Shown: one piece after another, positions 12,016 through 24,206 of the stretch
Position numbering within the stretch: the stretch's first letter is position 1
How the letters are laid out: every line of letters begins with the position of its first letter
Translations under genes and position numbers: made by a program
DNA from: Marsupella aquatica
Taxonomy: Eukaryota; Plantae; Marchantiophyta
Assembly: GCA_973895155.1 (NCBI GenBank)
Contig: OZ316894.1
Span: forward strand, 681,968 to 745,967
DNA length: 64,000 nt
Direction: 5' to 3'
Notes under the pieces: generated by a model
What the model was told of the DNA's origin: nothing
Databases searched by the model: none
Seen by the model: only the letters and a program-made list of their open reading frames with translations

Positions 12016-12837
12016 AGAGTTACTTTGAGTTTAGGGGGTTTGGTTGGGGGTTGAGGGAGACAGTTTGGAGTTGAGTTTAGGGTTTAGGGAGTTTGGGTTG
12101 AGGGGGTTGGGGAGTGGTGTAGTGGGGGTTTAGGGAGTTTGGGTTGTCACACCATTCTAGATGTTGTTGTAATATATAGTGCTAGTTGAGTATGTACGTT
12201 TTGTATGTGTGCTATTGGAGCCGATAGGGTTCCATTAGGTTTGTGTGAGAGGGTAGTTCTCTCTTGTGAGGCATTGAAAGGTTATCTTTCAATGTTGAGC
12301 CTTGGAGAGGGGAGCTTGTGTGGTGGCTATGGTGGTTGAGAGCTCTCTCTATGTAGCATGGATTCCTTGAGTGCAAGGTGCGTTGGCTCGACATATGTGT
12401 GTGATTGGATCGGACGGGATTGAGTGCGTATTGTTGGCGTCGATCGTTGTTCCGATTGTATTGAGGTTATTGTGGGTTTTGGACATGTGTGGACATGAGT
12501 TCCACTTGTATTTCATTCTCTTGTGTTTGTGATGCTACATTGTGGATATGTTTGGATGTGTGTGACAAGCGATGTATGTTGTGTAGCAATGTGTATGCGC
12601 ACGACAGGGTTTAGCGGGTTTGGTTGTGGGTGAGGGAGTTGTGTGTTGGGGGTGGAGGGAGTTTGGTTGGAGAGGAGTTGAGGGAGTTACTTTGAGTTTA
12701 GGGGGTTTGGTTGGGGGTTGAGGGAGACAATTTGGAGTTGAGTTTAGGGTTTAGGGAGTTTGGGTTGAGTGGGTTGGGGAGTGGTGTAGTGGGGGTTTAG
12801 GGATTTGGAGTGAGGGAGTTTAGGGGTTAGGGTTTAG
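12016..12837 (+). repeat. Degenerate telomere-like G-rich tracts, with a ~120-bp block duplicated on both sides of a solo LTR
   Basis: TTTAGGG and TTAGGG variants. The block AGTTACTTTGAGTTTAGGGGG...GGGGGTTTAGGGA occurs at about 12018-12136 and about 12685-12803. Confidence 0.75.
12145..12606 (+). mobile_element. Solo LTR (~460 bp)
   Basis: Runs TGTCACACC...CACGACA and is flanked by GGGT/GGGT. Its 3' part and its first 16 bp match LTR sequence at 63465-63609. Confidence 0.7.
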
Positions 12838-13397
12838 GATTTGCGTGTGGGCAATGCAATGGTTCACATGTATGCAAAGAGTGGCAGTATAGGTGACGCC
12901 CGACTTATTTTTGACAGAATGGAGAAATGTGATGTCACACGTGGAATGTAATGATCAGTGGTCTTGCACAACATGGATGTGGGAATGAAGCCCTGGACCT
13001 ATTTGATCAGAAAAAGGCCTTGTTGATGACGGCTGTATTGTCTTTACAGCTATGACGCAGGACTATGGCATCAAGCCTGAAATTGTGCATTATAATTGCA
13101 TGGTTGATCTTCTTGGGCGGGCTGGACATTTGGCGGAAGCAAAGCTCTTCATTAGTGACATGCCAGTTGAACCAGGTGAAGTAACTTGGAAAGCCTTGCT
13201 TGGTGCTTGCAGAACTTATGGTAATGTGGAGTTTAGGGTTTAGGGTGCCGCTAAAGAGCTTCTGAAGTTGAGTCCCAAAGATGCTTCTGCATATGTGCTC
13301 CTCTCCAACATCTATGCTAGAGCTGGCAAATGGGAGAAGAAGTCATTGGTGCGCACCATGATGCAAAAGAGACGTGTTTGGAAGGTGCCAGGACGTA
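12838..13397 (+). pseudogene. PPR-DYW paralog, piece 1 (S, P2, partial L2, S2, E1, E2, start of PG box)
   Basis: Reads DLRVGNAMVHMYAKSGSIGDARLIFDRMEK...HYNCMVDLLGRAG...YVLLSNIYA...VPGR. It carries a frameshift, an internal deletion and a telomeric patch. Confidence 0.9.
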
Positions 13398-14419
13398 CAC
13401 TAGAAGAAAACCTGTGTTTTACTACTACAGGCCCTGCAACTACTTTGCCTAAATAACTCATACGTGGTGCCAACCACTGTTTTTTTAATGGGTTGTAATA
13501 ATCTGCATTTTATTACTCTACTTAGAACTATGTTACCTTAATCACTGATTACAACTCTCTTTTTTGCCACTAAAACTTAGATCACTTGAATTAGAGTTGT
13601 ATATTACACAAATTTACAAATCACTACAATCCACCGTTCACTCCACCGTTGATGTGTACAACTCTATTTTCAACTAAGATTTTACTGCTGACTGAAACCA
13701 CTACAAATACAAGTACCACCAATATTTGAATGGTAAAGGTGCTTTTTCAATCAACTCCCAATCAAGTGAAGCTTTTCCAAGTGATCTTAATTACTTGAAA
13801 TAATGTCATTTGTGAGCACACCTTTTGTTACTGTAAATATCACCAATAGTGGAGTCACAAATGAATTTTGGCAAAATTATTTAAAATATTTTAGTGACAA
13901 GGAAATTCTTACAAACAACTTAAGATTGAGTGAATTAATTCTCAATGTACAAAATTTCTTTAATAAAGTCATTATTATCACAAATTGTCTGACTACAAAT
14001 ATCATTAATATTAGAGTCCAATAAATATTATTTGATGCAACTTCAAACCAAGTGCCACATCCTCCTTAGTCCAAAATCACTCTAAAGAATGTCATTCTCT
14101 TCGCACATTTTAGTGACTCCAAATACCACTAAGAGTAGAGTGTCAATGCAGGACCTTGCAAATGACTTGAAATAAAGTAGATCATTTTCCATTCTTATTC
14201 AAGTAATGTCATTCTTTAAATACATTTTGCCACTGCAAATGCCACCAACATTAGAGTGTCAAAACAGTTTTGATAAATGACTAAAAATTAAACAGATTAT
14301 TTTGTGATGTCCAAAACCTCTCCCCATGGTGTCATTATCAACACACATTTTCAGTCACAATATGCATGCCGCCGGAATTATAGCGACAAACAATTTTTTT
14401 ATTTACAAATTGTACCCAA

Positions 14420-17170
14420 ACCACTACACAACAGGTGCTTTGAGGGTTTTGGGCACCTGTCACTTGAAATACCACCATGTTTTAACTTAGGAAAGTTATG
14501 TGTTTGAACTTCCAATCAAGTGCATTGGTAAATACAAGCCCAAACCACTTAACATAAGGTCCTTTCGGGCTTTCATCTTCTTGCCACTACAAATTGCACC
14601 CATATTTGAGTGATGAGGCACACATTGGTGCGACCACTTGCCATGAACTAGTGCTAAAAGGAGTGAATTGTGTGGATGCATCACATAAGCCCCATATTTG
14701 TAATTCCGTAGAGTCTTGGAGTGATTTGTGTGGAGTTCATGATGTTGCAACACTTGGGTGCCTCAAATCTCTCCACCTTGGCAATTTATGCGTCACAACT
14801 TCATTGTCGTTGCTATAACTAGTTGGCACACGTGATGGGGGTGTCCCATGGCTTCACCATGGGGGGGCTAACACGGAGGAATTATGGTGGAGGCGGGCCC
14901 AACCCTCCTCCTTTAATCTTGGCCCTCCGAGAATTGCCGCAAGGTGGATCCACTTCTCATTATCCATTGTAAGTTTGTTACTCCCCAAATCACTAAAAAC
15001 CATGTTCTTCAAAGCCCTCATTTCTAGCGCGACTAACACTATCACTCAAGATGGGGTGGTACATAACGCATCCCTCTAAACCACTTCTCATGAAGTGGTA
15101 GTCCTAGAGTGATTGGGGGGCAAACCACTACAAATGATGTGGTTTTAGGGTTTAGGGCAAATGCAACTTAAGATAACACCTTTATTTGAGTTGAGAAGTT
15201 GGGGGTGAACACTTGCAATGAAGTGTATTTATATGTACACGCCCAATTGACTCGGAAAAAGGTCCTTTCAGGCCCTCGCCTTTTGGCGACTACAAATTGC
15301 ACCTGTATTTGAGTGATGCAGCACACTTTAGTGTGACCACTTGCCATGAACTAGTGCTAAAAGGAGTGAATTGTGTGGATGCATCACATAAGCCCCATAT
15401 TTGTAATTCCGTAGAGTCTTGGAGTGATTTGTGTGGAGTTCATGATGTTGCAACACTTGGGTGCCTCAAATCTCTCCACCTTGGCAATTTATGCGTCACA
15501 ACCTCATTGTCGTTGCTATAACTAGTTGGCACACGTGATGGGGGTGTCCCATGGCTTCACCATGGGGGGGCTAACAAGGAGGAATTGTTATGGCGGTGGG
15601 CCCAACCCTCCTCCTTTAATCCTGGCCCTCCGAGAATTGCGGCAACGTGGATCCACTTCTCATTATCCATTGTAAGTTTGTCACTCCCCAATCACTAAAA
15701 ACTCTGTTCTTCAAAGCCCGCATTCTAGCGACTAACATTGTCACTCAGGTTGGGGTGGTACATCATGTATCCCTCAAAACAACTTCTCATGAAGTGGTAG
15801 TCTAAGAGTGATTGTTGTTCCCAAACCACTACAAATGAGGTAGTTTTAGTGTTTAGGGGAAATGCGACTCAAGATACCACCGTTATTTGAGTTGAGAAGT
15901 AAATTGGGTATGAACACTTGCAATGAAGTGCATTTGTAAGTACCAGCCCAAACCACTTGACATAAGGTAGTTTTGGGCCCTCGCCTTCTGGCGACTTCAA
16001 CTTGCACCCGTATTTGAGTCATGCAACACACATTGGTGCCACCACTTGCCATGAACTAGTGCTAAAAGGAGTGAATTGTGTAGACGCATCACATAAGCTC
16101 CATATTTATAATTCTGTAGAGTTTTGGAGTGATTTGTGTGGAGTTCATGATGTTGCATCACTTGTGTACCTCAAATCTCTCCACCTTGGCAATTTATGCG
16201 TCACAACCTCATTGTCGTTGCTATAACTAGTTGGCACACGTGATGGGGGTGTCACATGGCCTCACCATTGGGGGGCTAACATGGAGGAATTGTTATGGCG
16301 TCAGCCCAACCCTCCTCCTTTAATCGCGGCCCTATGACAATTGTCGCGAGGTGGATCCACTTCTCATTATCCCTTGTAAGTTTGTCACTCCCCAAATCAC
16401 TAAAAACTCTATTCTTCAAAGCCCGCATTTCTAGCGACTAACATTGTTACTCAGGTTGGGGTGGTACATCATCCATTCTCAAAACAACTTCTCATGAAGT
16501 GGTAGTTTGAGGGTGATTGTTGTTCCCAAACCACTACAAATGAGATGGTTTTAGGGTTCAAATTGCACCCGTATTTGAGTCATGCAACACACATTGGTGC
16601 CACCACTTGCCATGAACTAGTGCTAAAAGGAGTGAATTGTGTGGATGCATCACATAAGCCCCATATTTGTAATTTCGTAGAGTCTTGGAGTGATTTGTGT
16701 GGAGTTCATGATGTTGCATCACTTGGGTGCCTCAAATCTCTCCACCTTGGCAATTTATGCGTCACAACCTCATTGTCGTTGCTATAACTTGTTGGCGCAC
16801 ATGATGGGGGTGTCCCACGGCTTCACCATGGGGGGGCTAACACGGAGGAATTGTTATGGCGGCGGGCCCAATCCTCCTCCTTTAATGATGGCCCTCCGAG
16901 ACTTGCCTAAAGCTAGATGGCCTACATATTCTCTTTGTAAGGTTGTCACCCCCCAAACCACTCAAAATAATATGCTTCAAAGCCCTCATTTCTTGTGACT
17001 AAAACTTTCACTCAAACTTATGTGGTACATGACGCAGTCCTCCAAAGAACTTCTGATGTAGTGGTAGTCGTAGGGTGGCCATAATTCCCAAACCACTGCA
17101 AAAGAGGTAGTTTGAGGGTGTAGGGAAATTCCACTTAGAATATCACCGTTATTTTAGTGGAGAAGTAAGT
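14420..17170. repeat. Tandem array of ~703-bp units (~4 copies) inside the CACTA 5' region
   Basis: The TTGCACC..TATTTGAGT anchor occurs at 14594, 15297, 16002 and 16563 (periods 703, 705, 561). Confidence 0.9.
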
Positions 17171-20100
17171 GGAATGGGGTAAATTGTGTGTAAACACTTT
17201 CAATAACAATGTGGTTCCAAACTCTCACATGTATTCTAGTGTTAGTACCATCACCTAGTCTTGAGTGATAAATGACATAATGTTGTAATTTACAAATAAC
17301 TGACAATCAAGTAAGGGACAGAGATCTTGTAAATACCACTACAGATCATGTCATACCGGATTCTCACCACAGTGCAGTAACAATGTCACCAACACTTTAG
17401 TGATAGACTGCTGAAACCACTGGCAAAGAGGTAGTGGGTTTTTGAGGGCTGGCAAAAGCACTTTGAATGTGGTGGTTTGGTTCCCCATTTTTGTGATACA
17501 ATAATTATAGTTTCTTTTTAACAACTTGCAATCAAGTAAGTGGTGGGGTGTTTTTTAGGATTGGCCAAAACCACTTTGGATGTGGTGGTTCCCAAGGATT
17601 ATACCTGCAAGACTACATATATACCACTTAACATTGACAAAAAACATATTGATTGAAGGTCGGAGTGGATAATTAAATTACCAGAGAAGTTAAGTGAATG
17701 GTGCCAAGGGATAATAATATATCCAGAGAATATGATAGCAATTTAAATGAAGTACAGGGTTTAGGGCACGTAGAAGCGAGGGGTTTCCGGATGGTTTATG
17801 TAACTCTCAACTGAGTGTCATAGAAAAAGTATTGTTTGGTGGCCTGGCACCACCTACATTTCTTCTCAAGCTTTGTGTGATTTGTAACACACTTTAAAGG
17901 AGTACTAGGGTATTAAAATTGGTAATAGGCAAAAAGTGATAGCTCATTGGGTACTCTATAAAATAAAATATGGGTTTAGGACAAATGTTTGAATTGGCAT
18001 TATATTAGTCAGACTCGTATTAGATCATTTCATTAATGACACAAAAAAGTCCATATGGATGATGTCATTTTTCACACAAAGAAAGTCTAGTGCATGCGAC
18101 AATACTTACTAGTACCTAATTATACCACCTAATATTGTTGGTGGCATATTGGAAATTATTGGTTTTTTGCTATACATTGAGAGGGCAGAGTTGTCATGAC
18201 TTAGCACTTATTTTGTGGGGTTAGACAATGCTTGGAGTGTAATTGAGACACTTGAAGTAGAGGGATTGGGGGCCTTGGCTTAACATCAAATTCAGCCTCA
18301 TTGATGGTTGAGATCACTCAAGGCAGTCTCATTTCATCCGGACGGCTGAGATCACTCTAGGGGCCGGCTGACATGTCAGTTAGATTTGCGCCAAACGGCT
18401 CTTTGCACCCGCGGGCCTGTGAGTCAAGTTTTATTTTTCCCACAAACTATCGAGACTCAACGTTGAATGTTGTGTTTGTGTGTCTGCCACAAAGCGTTTA
18501 GGGCGAGGGAGTCGAGGGGTTTAGCCCCGGGTTTAGCAAAGTTGCGCTTCTGTTTTGCCCAAAGAGTTTGCAATCAGATCAGGGCTCGTGGAGCTGCGGG
18601 AGTGTTGTGTAGTGTGCTGCGGGAGTGCTTTGGTGAGCGCTACGGGAGGGCTGTGCAGGAGTGTTGTGCTGTGCGGAGCTGCGCGTCCAAGCTAGCTCAC
18701 TGTTATCCGATTGAGCTGGGTCCATTATCATTCTTCTCGGCAGTGGGTCACGGAGATTTGCGCAGGAGTGTTGTGTTGTGCAGTGTGCTGCGGGAGTGCT
18801 TTGCGGAGCGCTGCGGGAGGGCTGCGCAGGAGTGTTGTGTTGTGCAGAGCTACAAGCTGTTGGAGCGAGCTACGGGCTTTGATAGAGTTCTCAATCATTG
18901 CAAGCTGCAATTTAGGGTCTGCCAACTGTGAGCTGGTACTTCATTGAGTTGAGCTTCAACCTGGGTAACACTTTTTCCAAACGGGAGTTGGATCTGCAGG
19001 CAGTCTAGGTCTGAATGTGGTCTGTTGCCTTGTGAGAATGTGAGACTGTGAGCTCACCGCTGCGGAATTCTTTCTTTTGCTGATGAACTCATCGGGCTTC
19101 GCCTCTCCAATCGCTGCCCTAGCTGCACGAGGTCACGGCTGCGGGATCCATCAGGCTTCGGCTCCTCCAATCGCTGCCCAACTGTACTTGCTATCATTGA
19201 GCGAGCGGCAGCCAGCCCCAACTTGGGTTCATTTTGTGAAGACTTACGGTAACTCCTCTCACTTCCGTTGATTGCAAAAACCTTCGATCCTTAGCTGTAT
19301 TAGGGAGCTTCTTGCATATTCTCTCACTGAGGAGGTTGTGCAAGGGTTATCAATTGCAACTGAGTCTGGGATGTGCGCATGCTGTTGTTGCATCTGATTG
19401 AGCTGGTAAGTTGCTGTCTCCGATTGAGCTGGTAAGTTGCTGTCTCCAATTGAGTTTGACTGTTTGGGCTGCGCTTACATTGCTGCTTTGGGCATCTGAG
19501 ATGCGACTTGCAGTTTGAGGAGCCGCAACAACATTAGTTGTAGGAGGCGCAGCAACATCAGTTTGAGGCTCAGACGACTTGACATGCGACTTGCAGTTTT
19601 AGGAGGTGCAGCAAGATCAGTTTCAGGAAGTGACTTGTTGCTGCTGATCAAGTTTGAGTAACAGTGAGTTAAAATTCTGTTGCAACCTTTGAGTTGGGCT
19701 ACACTTGTAATGCTGCAAGATTTGAGGTGAACTCAATTGACGTCTGCCAACTGCTACGATGGTGAGTTCACTTGCGCTGCAAGTTGCTGTGAGTTTTATT
19801 AGCTAGAACTTCATTAAAATTTGTTATATAGGTGTTTGAGTGATCAGCGATCGACTTGCTAGGTTTGAGAGCTGGGATTGAGGTGCAAATTTGAGAGTTG
19901 GGAGTGAGGTACGAGTTTGAGGGCCACTGCAAGTTTGAGAGGCAAGACTCAGCTACAACTTTGAGAGTCGGGATTCAATCAGCTGCAAGTTTGAGTGGCG
20001 GTCGAGAGCAAGGTTTAGGTTGCTAGCTACTCCGCTTTGTTGCTTGGGCTTCAGAATCTCATCCTCTGTACCTATTGGCTATTTTGGATTCCCATCATCC

Positions 20101-20866
20101 GTGTCATTGCCTTCTTCTCTGCAGTTTTGCTCATTGTATGGACTACCCCTATCCCTCGTTGGTGGATGGCCGTGTTCACCGGAATTCCTGTCAAAAGCCT
20201 CTCTTTAAGGTCACATATTGCTGGTCTGTAAGGCTTACAGAAGCATACTGGTCACATATTGCTTGCTGTTTGCTATAGATGAGTACAGAATGGAAGAATG
20301 AAATACTCTTTAGTCTTGTCATTTAATAGTCTTGTCATTTAATAGTCTTGTCCTCTCCACGTCCCGGGTTAACTGTTTAAATAGAGACTAATGGTTCACA
20401 GTTGAAATAGAGACAAACTGGTTTTGTTGTAGAGAAGAAGCTCTTTACTTGCTATACTAGTATCAGAGTTTTGTCTGTCTTGATCAATGCTAGGCCTACT
20501 GTCGGTCTTGCCGTCCGATTGAAAACTCTGGTATGGTCAATGGTATGTTTTGAGTTTCTTCATCTTGTCTCCTGCTGTTGCTTCTCTTTTATGAATCTTG
20601 GAATCCTATTTGGTACTCTATTATGGTTAATGGAGTCTTGTTTGTGTTTGGGGTACATAGAATGACCAACTGTTGGCATTGGGAAAGTCTTGAGCCTGTC
20701 TGAGCTTGTCCTTTAAAACGTTCAGGGATTCATCCCTGTATATAAACTGAAATTCTGGGTCAGTGATGAAATCTCCAGTTTTTTAACCATGGTCTTATAG
20801 TTTCAGGAGCGAGTGGACCTGCTGTGGACGTGAGCAAAGCAGCACAGGACGTGATCGAGAAAAGCT

Positions 20867-21313
20867 ATGGTGAGGACTCGCAGCGCTCATTCTCAGAGTC
20901 TTGCAGGCACCGCAGAGAGATTGCGTCTGGAGTTTGTCAGACGTGGCACATGGCCAGCCCACTCTGCATGGTATTTTCGTTATCCAGTTGTAGTCCAGAA
21001 TGACTACAGCCAGCCTCCACCTGTGGCATTACCCTTTCCCACATCCGTGGTGTATGTGTCACTTATTGGCAAAGTGCCACACGTCAAGGCCATCCTAGCG
21101 CATGGATGTATCCATTCTTGCCAGTATGACTGCGTTGCTTGTAGGGTGGTCAACCCAAAAACCCTGGTCGGTGCTGACAAAGCCGCTAAACAAAGTAGGA
21201 GGATATGCATCCTTTGGAATCACTTTGCATTGTTGAATGGTGTGGATAGTGATCTCGGGTGTCCAGCCTGCCCAACCCCGCTATTGGGGGTTTCTCGGAC
21301 ACATCATGTTTGA
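20867..21313 (+). CDS. CACTA cargo ORF, 148 aa, Cys/His-rich; possibly a degenerate His-Me-finger zinc-binding loop
   Basis: Intact ATG-to-stop ORF containing C..C.VVNPKTLV.......SRRIC...CPAC. Confidence 0.45.
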   Translation: MVRTRSAHSQSLAGTAERLRLEFVRRGTWPAHSAWYFRYPVVVQNDYSQPPPVALPFPTSVVYVSLIGKVPHVKAILAHGCIHSCQYDCVACRVVNPKTLVGADKAAKQSRRICILWNHFALLNGVDSDLGCPACPTPLLGVSRTHHV

Positions 21314-22149
21314 TTTGAAGTTAGTTTACAGCTGCAGGAATTCTAACACAATATGCACGTACCAGGATGCAATGAGATAAGGCATATTTTTGGATGAAAT
21401 AGTAACTTAAACACTGAGAAATAACTTGAACTGCTCTGACTTTTTCTATATTCGTACAATTTTGGATTGAGGGTTTGAACACCTCAGTGGAATTAAAGTT
21501 TTGAAGTATATTGCAAAAATCCTATCTACTAAGCACAACATTTTAATCTAAGATGTCACCAGTCCACTCAACATCTCTGTTCAAGACTCTGTTCCAGAAG
21601 GCCCACAATCTACTGTTAACTGAAAGTTGAATCCAATAGTTAAAGTCTCTGTCAATGACTCCCACTCCCCCCTCGCACATATGCCTTATGGCTCTAGATC
21701 GGGTACAGTGAATGAAGAAAGTTGAAGAGTGTCCATGCAATTATTTTTCTGAGTTCAATGGGTAGCCTATTGTCCTTTGCATAATTGGAATAGTATTGAA
21801 TGAGTCTGAGGCAACCTTTAGTTACAGAAGGAGTTTGAAACAAAACATCAGATGCATGTATACAGTAGTCCAATGACTATTTTGTGTCACATTTGTGTTG
21901 TTGCAGATTATGAATCCTTGTTTTACATCTTGTGACGTGAGAGGGGATTGAGATCTACATCTGAAACCGATCAAGACAATCTCCAAATTTCAGTGCCTTC
22001 CTCTTGGTTGAGTACAGTTGGTGAGTCCTCTGCATCCTGGCCCCATATTGGATTGCAATATGCAAGTGGTAGTACGTGTTTTATGACAGCCAATTTAGCA
22101 GTGTAATAACTCTTCAAGTTTTCTTGTTCATGAATGTCCAGTGGTCTTA

Positions 22150-22803
22150 ATGGCTAGGACCAAGCATAAAGCCAGAAAGAATGATACTCGAACGAGAAAG
22201 GAGGAAGATGTGTTGATGATTGAATTGTGGTTAGACATTGAGAAACGTCAGTGTAGTCCCCAGCTTTGTGGCATTTGTGACTGGCATGGAGATCTGGCCA
22301 TGTGTGATGGGGCTTGCCATCGGCACTTCCACCATGTTTCCAAAGTTGGTGAAGCTGTCGGCACGTGCCCTGCCGTATTTATTGCACTAGGCAAGGATGA
22401 TGATCCTTGGTATTGTCCAGAGTGTAAGGATAAGACATACAGGTGTTTTCAGTGTGGCATTGTCTCTGCTGTAGCCAGGAAGTGCCCCCAGCCATATTGT
22501 GTTCATTTTTATTGTCATGGATGCTTGCCACTTGATGTGGAGTCTTGCCCCATCCATACATGTGTTGCATGCCAGCAAGACCATCGTGACCCTCATCTGG
22601 CAGAGGCCGTGCAGTGTTTGAGATGTCCCAAAACTTGGCATCGTACTTGCCTAGCCGAGAGCCAGCGTCAAGGTTTTGCACCGGACAGAGTGCCCTGGCA
22701 TCATACTGCACATGACCAGGGACGTTGGATGATTTACTGTCCTGACCATCCTATTGACCCTGCTCTAGGCACAGCAGCTCATGATCACATCTCCTGGCTT
22801 TGA
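22150..22803 (+). CDS. CACTA cargo: histone-H3-tail-like N-terminus plus EDM2/NSD-type composite PHD fingers
   Basis: N-terminus MARTKHKARK. Also CGICDWHGDLAMCDGACHRHFH...WYCPEC, CFQC..CPQPYCVHFYC, CPIHTCVAC, CLRCPKTWHRTCL and IYCPDHPIDPALGTAAHDHI. The ORF is intact. Confidence 0.8.
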   Translation: MARTKHKARKNDTRTRKEEDVLMIELWLDIEKRQCSPQLCGICDWHGDLAMCDGACHRHFHHVSKVGEAVGTCPAVFIALGKDDDPWYCPECKDKTYRCFQCGIVSAVARKCPQPYCVHFYCHGCLPLDVESCPIHTCVACQQDHRDPHLAEAVQCLRCPKTWHRTCLAESQRQGFAPDRVPWHHTAHDQGRWMIYCPDHPIDPALGTAAHDHISWL

Positions 22804-23307
22804 TTGACGTGGTCCATTTTGGTTCAAATACATCAATACTACTATAGACATCGATACACTTAGTTAGTTAATGGAACAATGACGTTTTGTCCGCATCACA
22901 CATTTTGTTTACACATTTTGTTCACACATTTTATTCACTGTGTGAATGGTTAGCACGAGCATGGAGACAATGCTCTGGGTTTAATTGACTAAGGCCAGCT
23001 GTCTAGAAAATCAAAGTACTCAAACTCTACTTATTTATTTGGTAATTATTTTGTATACCAGTATGAGGTCCATCCTAGTTGATGTTTATGGATGTCAATA
23101 CTGTGGATGTGATTGAATTGTTTGGACCCAGTGTTTATCTGGTTGTCTTGTTTGTTGGGTGTCATGGATGGGGCATTGTCAATGGGGTATTTTCTTCAAC
23201 CTGCTGTCTGTGGGTAGCAATAGAGTTTCAGGTTTGAAAGAAGCATCCTAAACACATGAAACAAAGACATAAAACGTAAAACTTTTCTGCAAATAAAAAT
23301 TCACAGT

Positions 23308-24179
23308 ATGAACTCAAAAGAGAAAACTATGGAGTGGCAAGTACAAATTATGAGGGAGCTGAGCTTATTGTCATGTCCATGTTGTAGGTTCTCACCAGTG
23401 AATGTTGGAGGTGAAACACTACACTCGGTATGTCATTTATTCCAGACCGCCACACCATATGTAGACTCCTCATACGGGTGGCTACATGGATGTATTTTGT
23501 GGTGGTTTGGCTGGTTGGTTTGGTAATCCGACAATTTGTACCCCCACCTGGCAGAACCATTGTCAACCTTGAATCTGTTGTACAGTATTGTAAGGCAGAT
23601 GAGGAGGAGGTTTACTTTTCGGCAGATGAGTGTGAAGCCGGGTGTGAAGAGGATGATGAGGAATGTAGTAGTTTGCTACATGTTTTGCCATATGATTTAG
23701 TAGTCACAAATGTATGGCCTAGGGTTCTTTCCATGTCATCAGCGCAGGACATTTGCCAATATCGACTCATTAGTACCCAATGGAGGGACTTGGTAGCCAT
23801 GTCCCCACAATGGAAGGCATTGAAACTACTACTTGTAGGCACAGATCGTAGACCACCATGGCATGATCTTGGGTTAGACTTAGATGACTTAATGTACTTG
23901 CCTGAGTACCTGAGGGTTGACTATCATCGAGCACAGGAGTGGTATTTGTACTGATCTGATAAGATTCACAGATCTGATATCACTCTAGTGGAGTGGGTTT
24001 CTATGACTACACACCATTGTATTCTGATATGGTCATGGATGTACATGCAGAGTAGCCTAGAGGTGTGGAGTCCAGTGCTGGTACCATTAGAGTGGAGGAT
24101 TGCAGTATCCAGAGAGCTTGCAGAGGTTGCAAGGTACGTGGGTCCTCTGCATTTTGGCAAATTGAGTGGAAGACATTGA
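23308..24179 (+). pseudogene. CACTA cargo: F-box-like gene with a possible degenerate MBD-like N-terminal region
   Basis: F-box-like segment LLHVLPYDLVVTNVWPRV...ICQYRLISTQWRDLVAMSPQWKAL. The in-frame TGA at 23952-23954 is followed by the same frame to 24179. There is a probable frameshift near 23500. Confidence 0.55.
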
Positions 24180-24206
24180 TTGGATTGACTTGAAGTGCCT
24201 GAAACA

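Noticed and set aside
14594-16787. Four similar 74-80-aa ORFs
   Set aside because: They are by-products of the 703-bp tandem repeat, mostly start at TTG, and show no recognisable domain.
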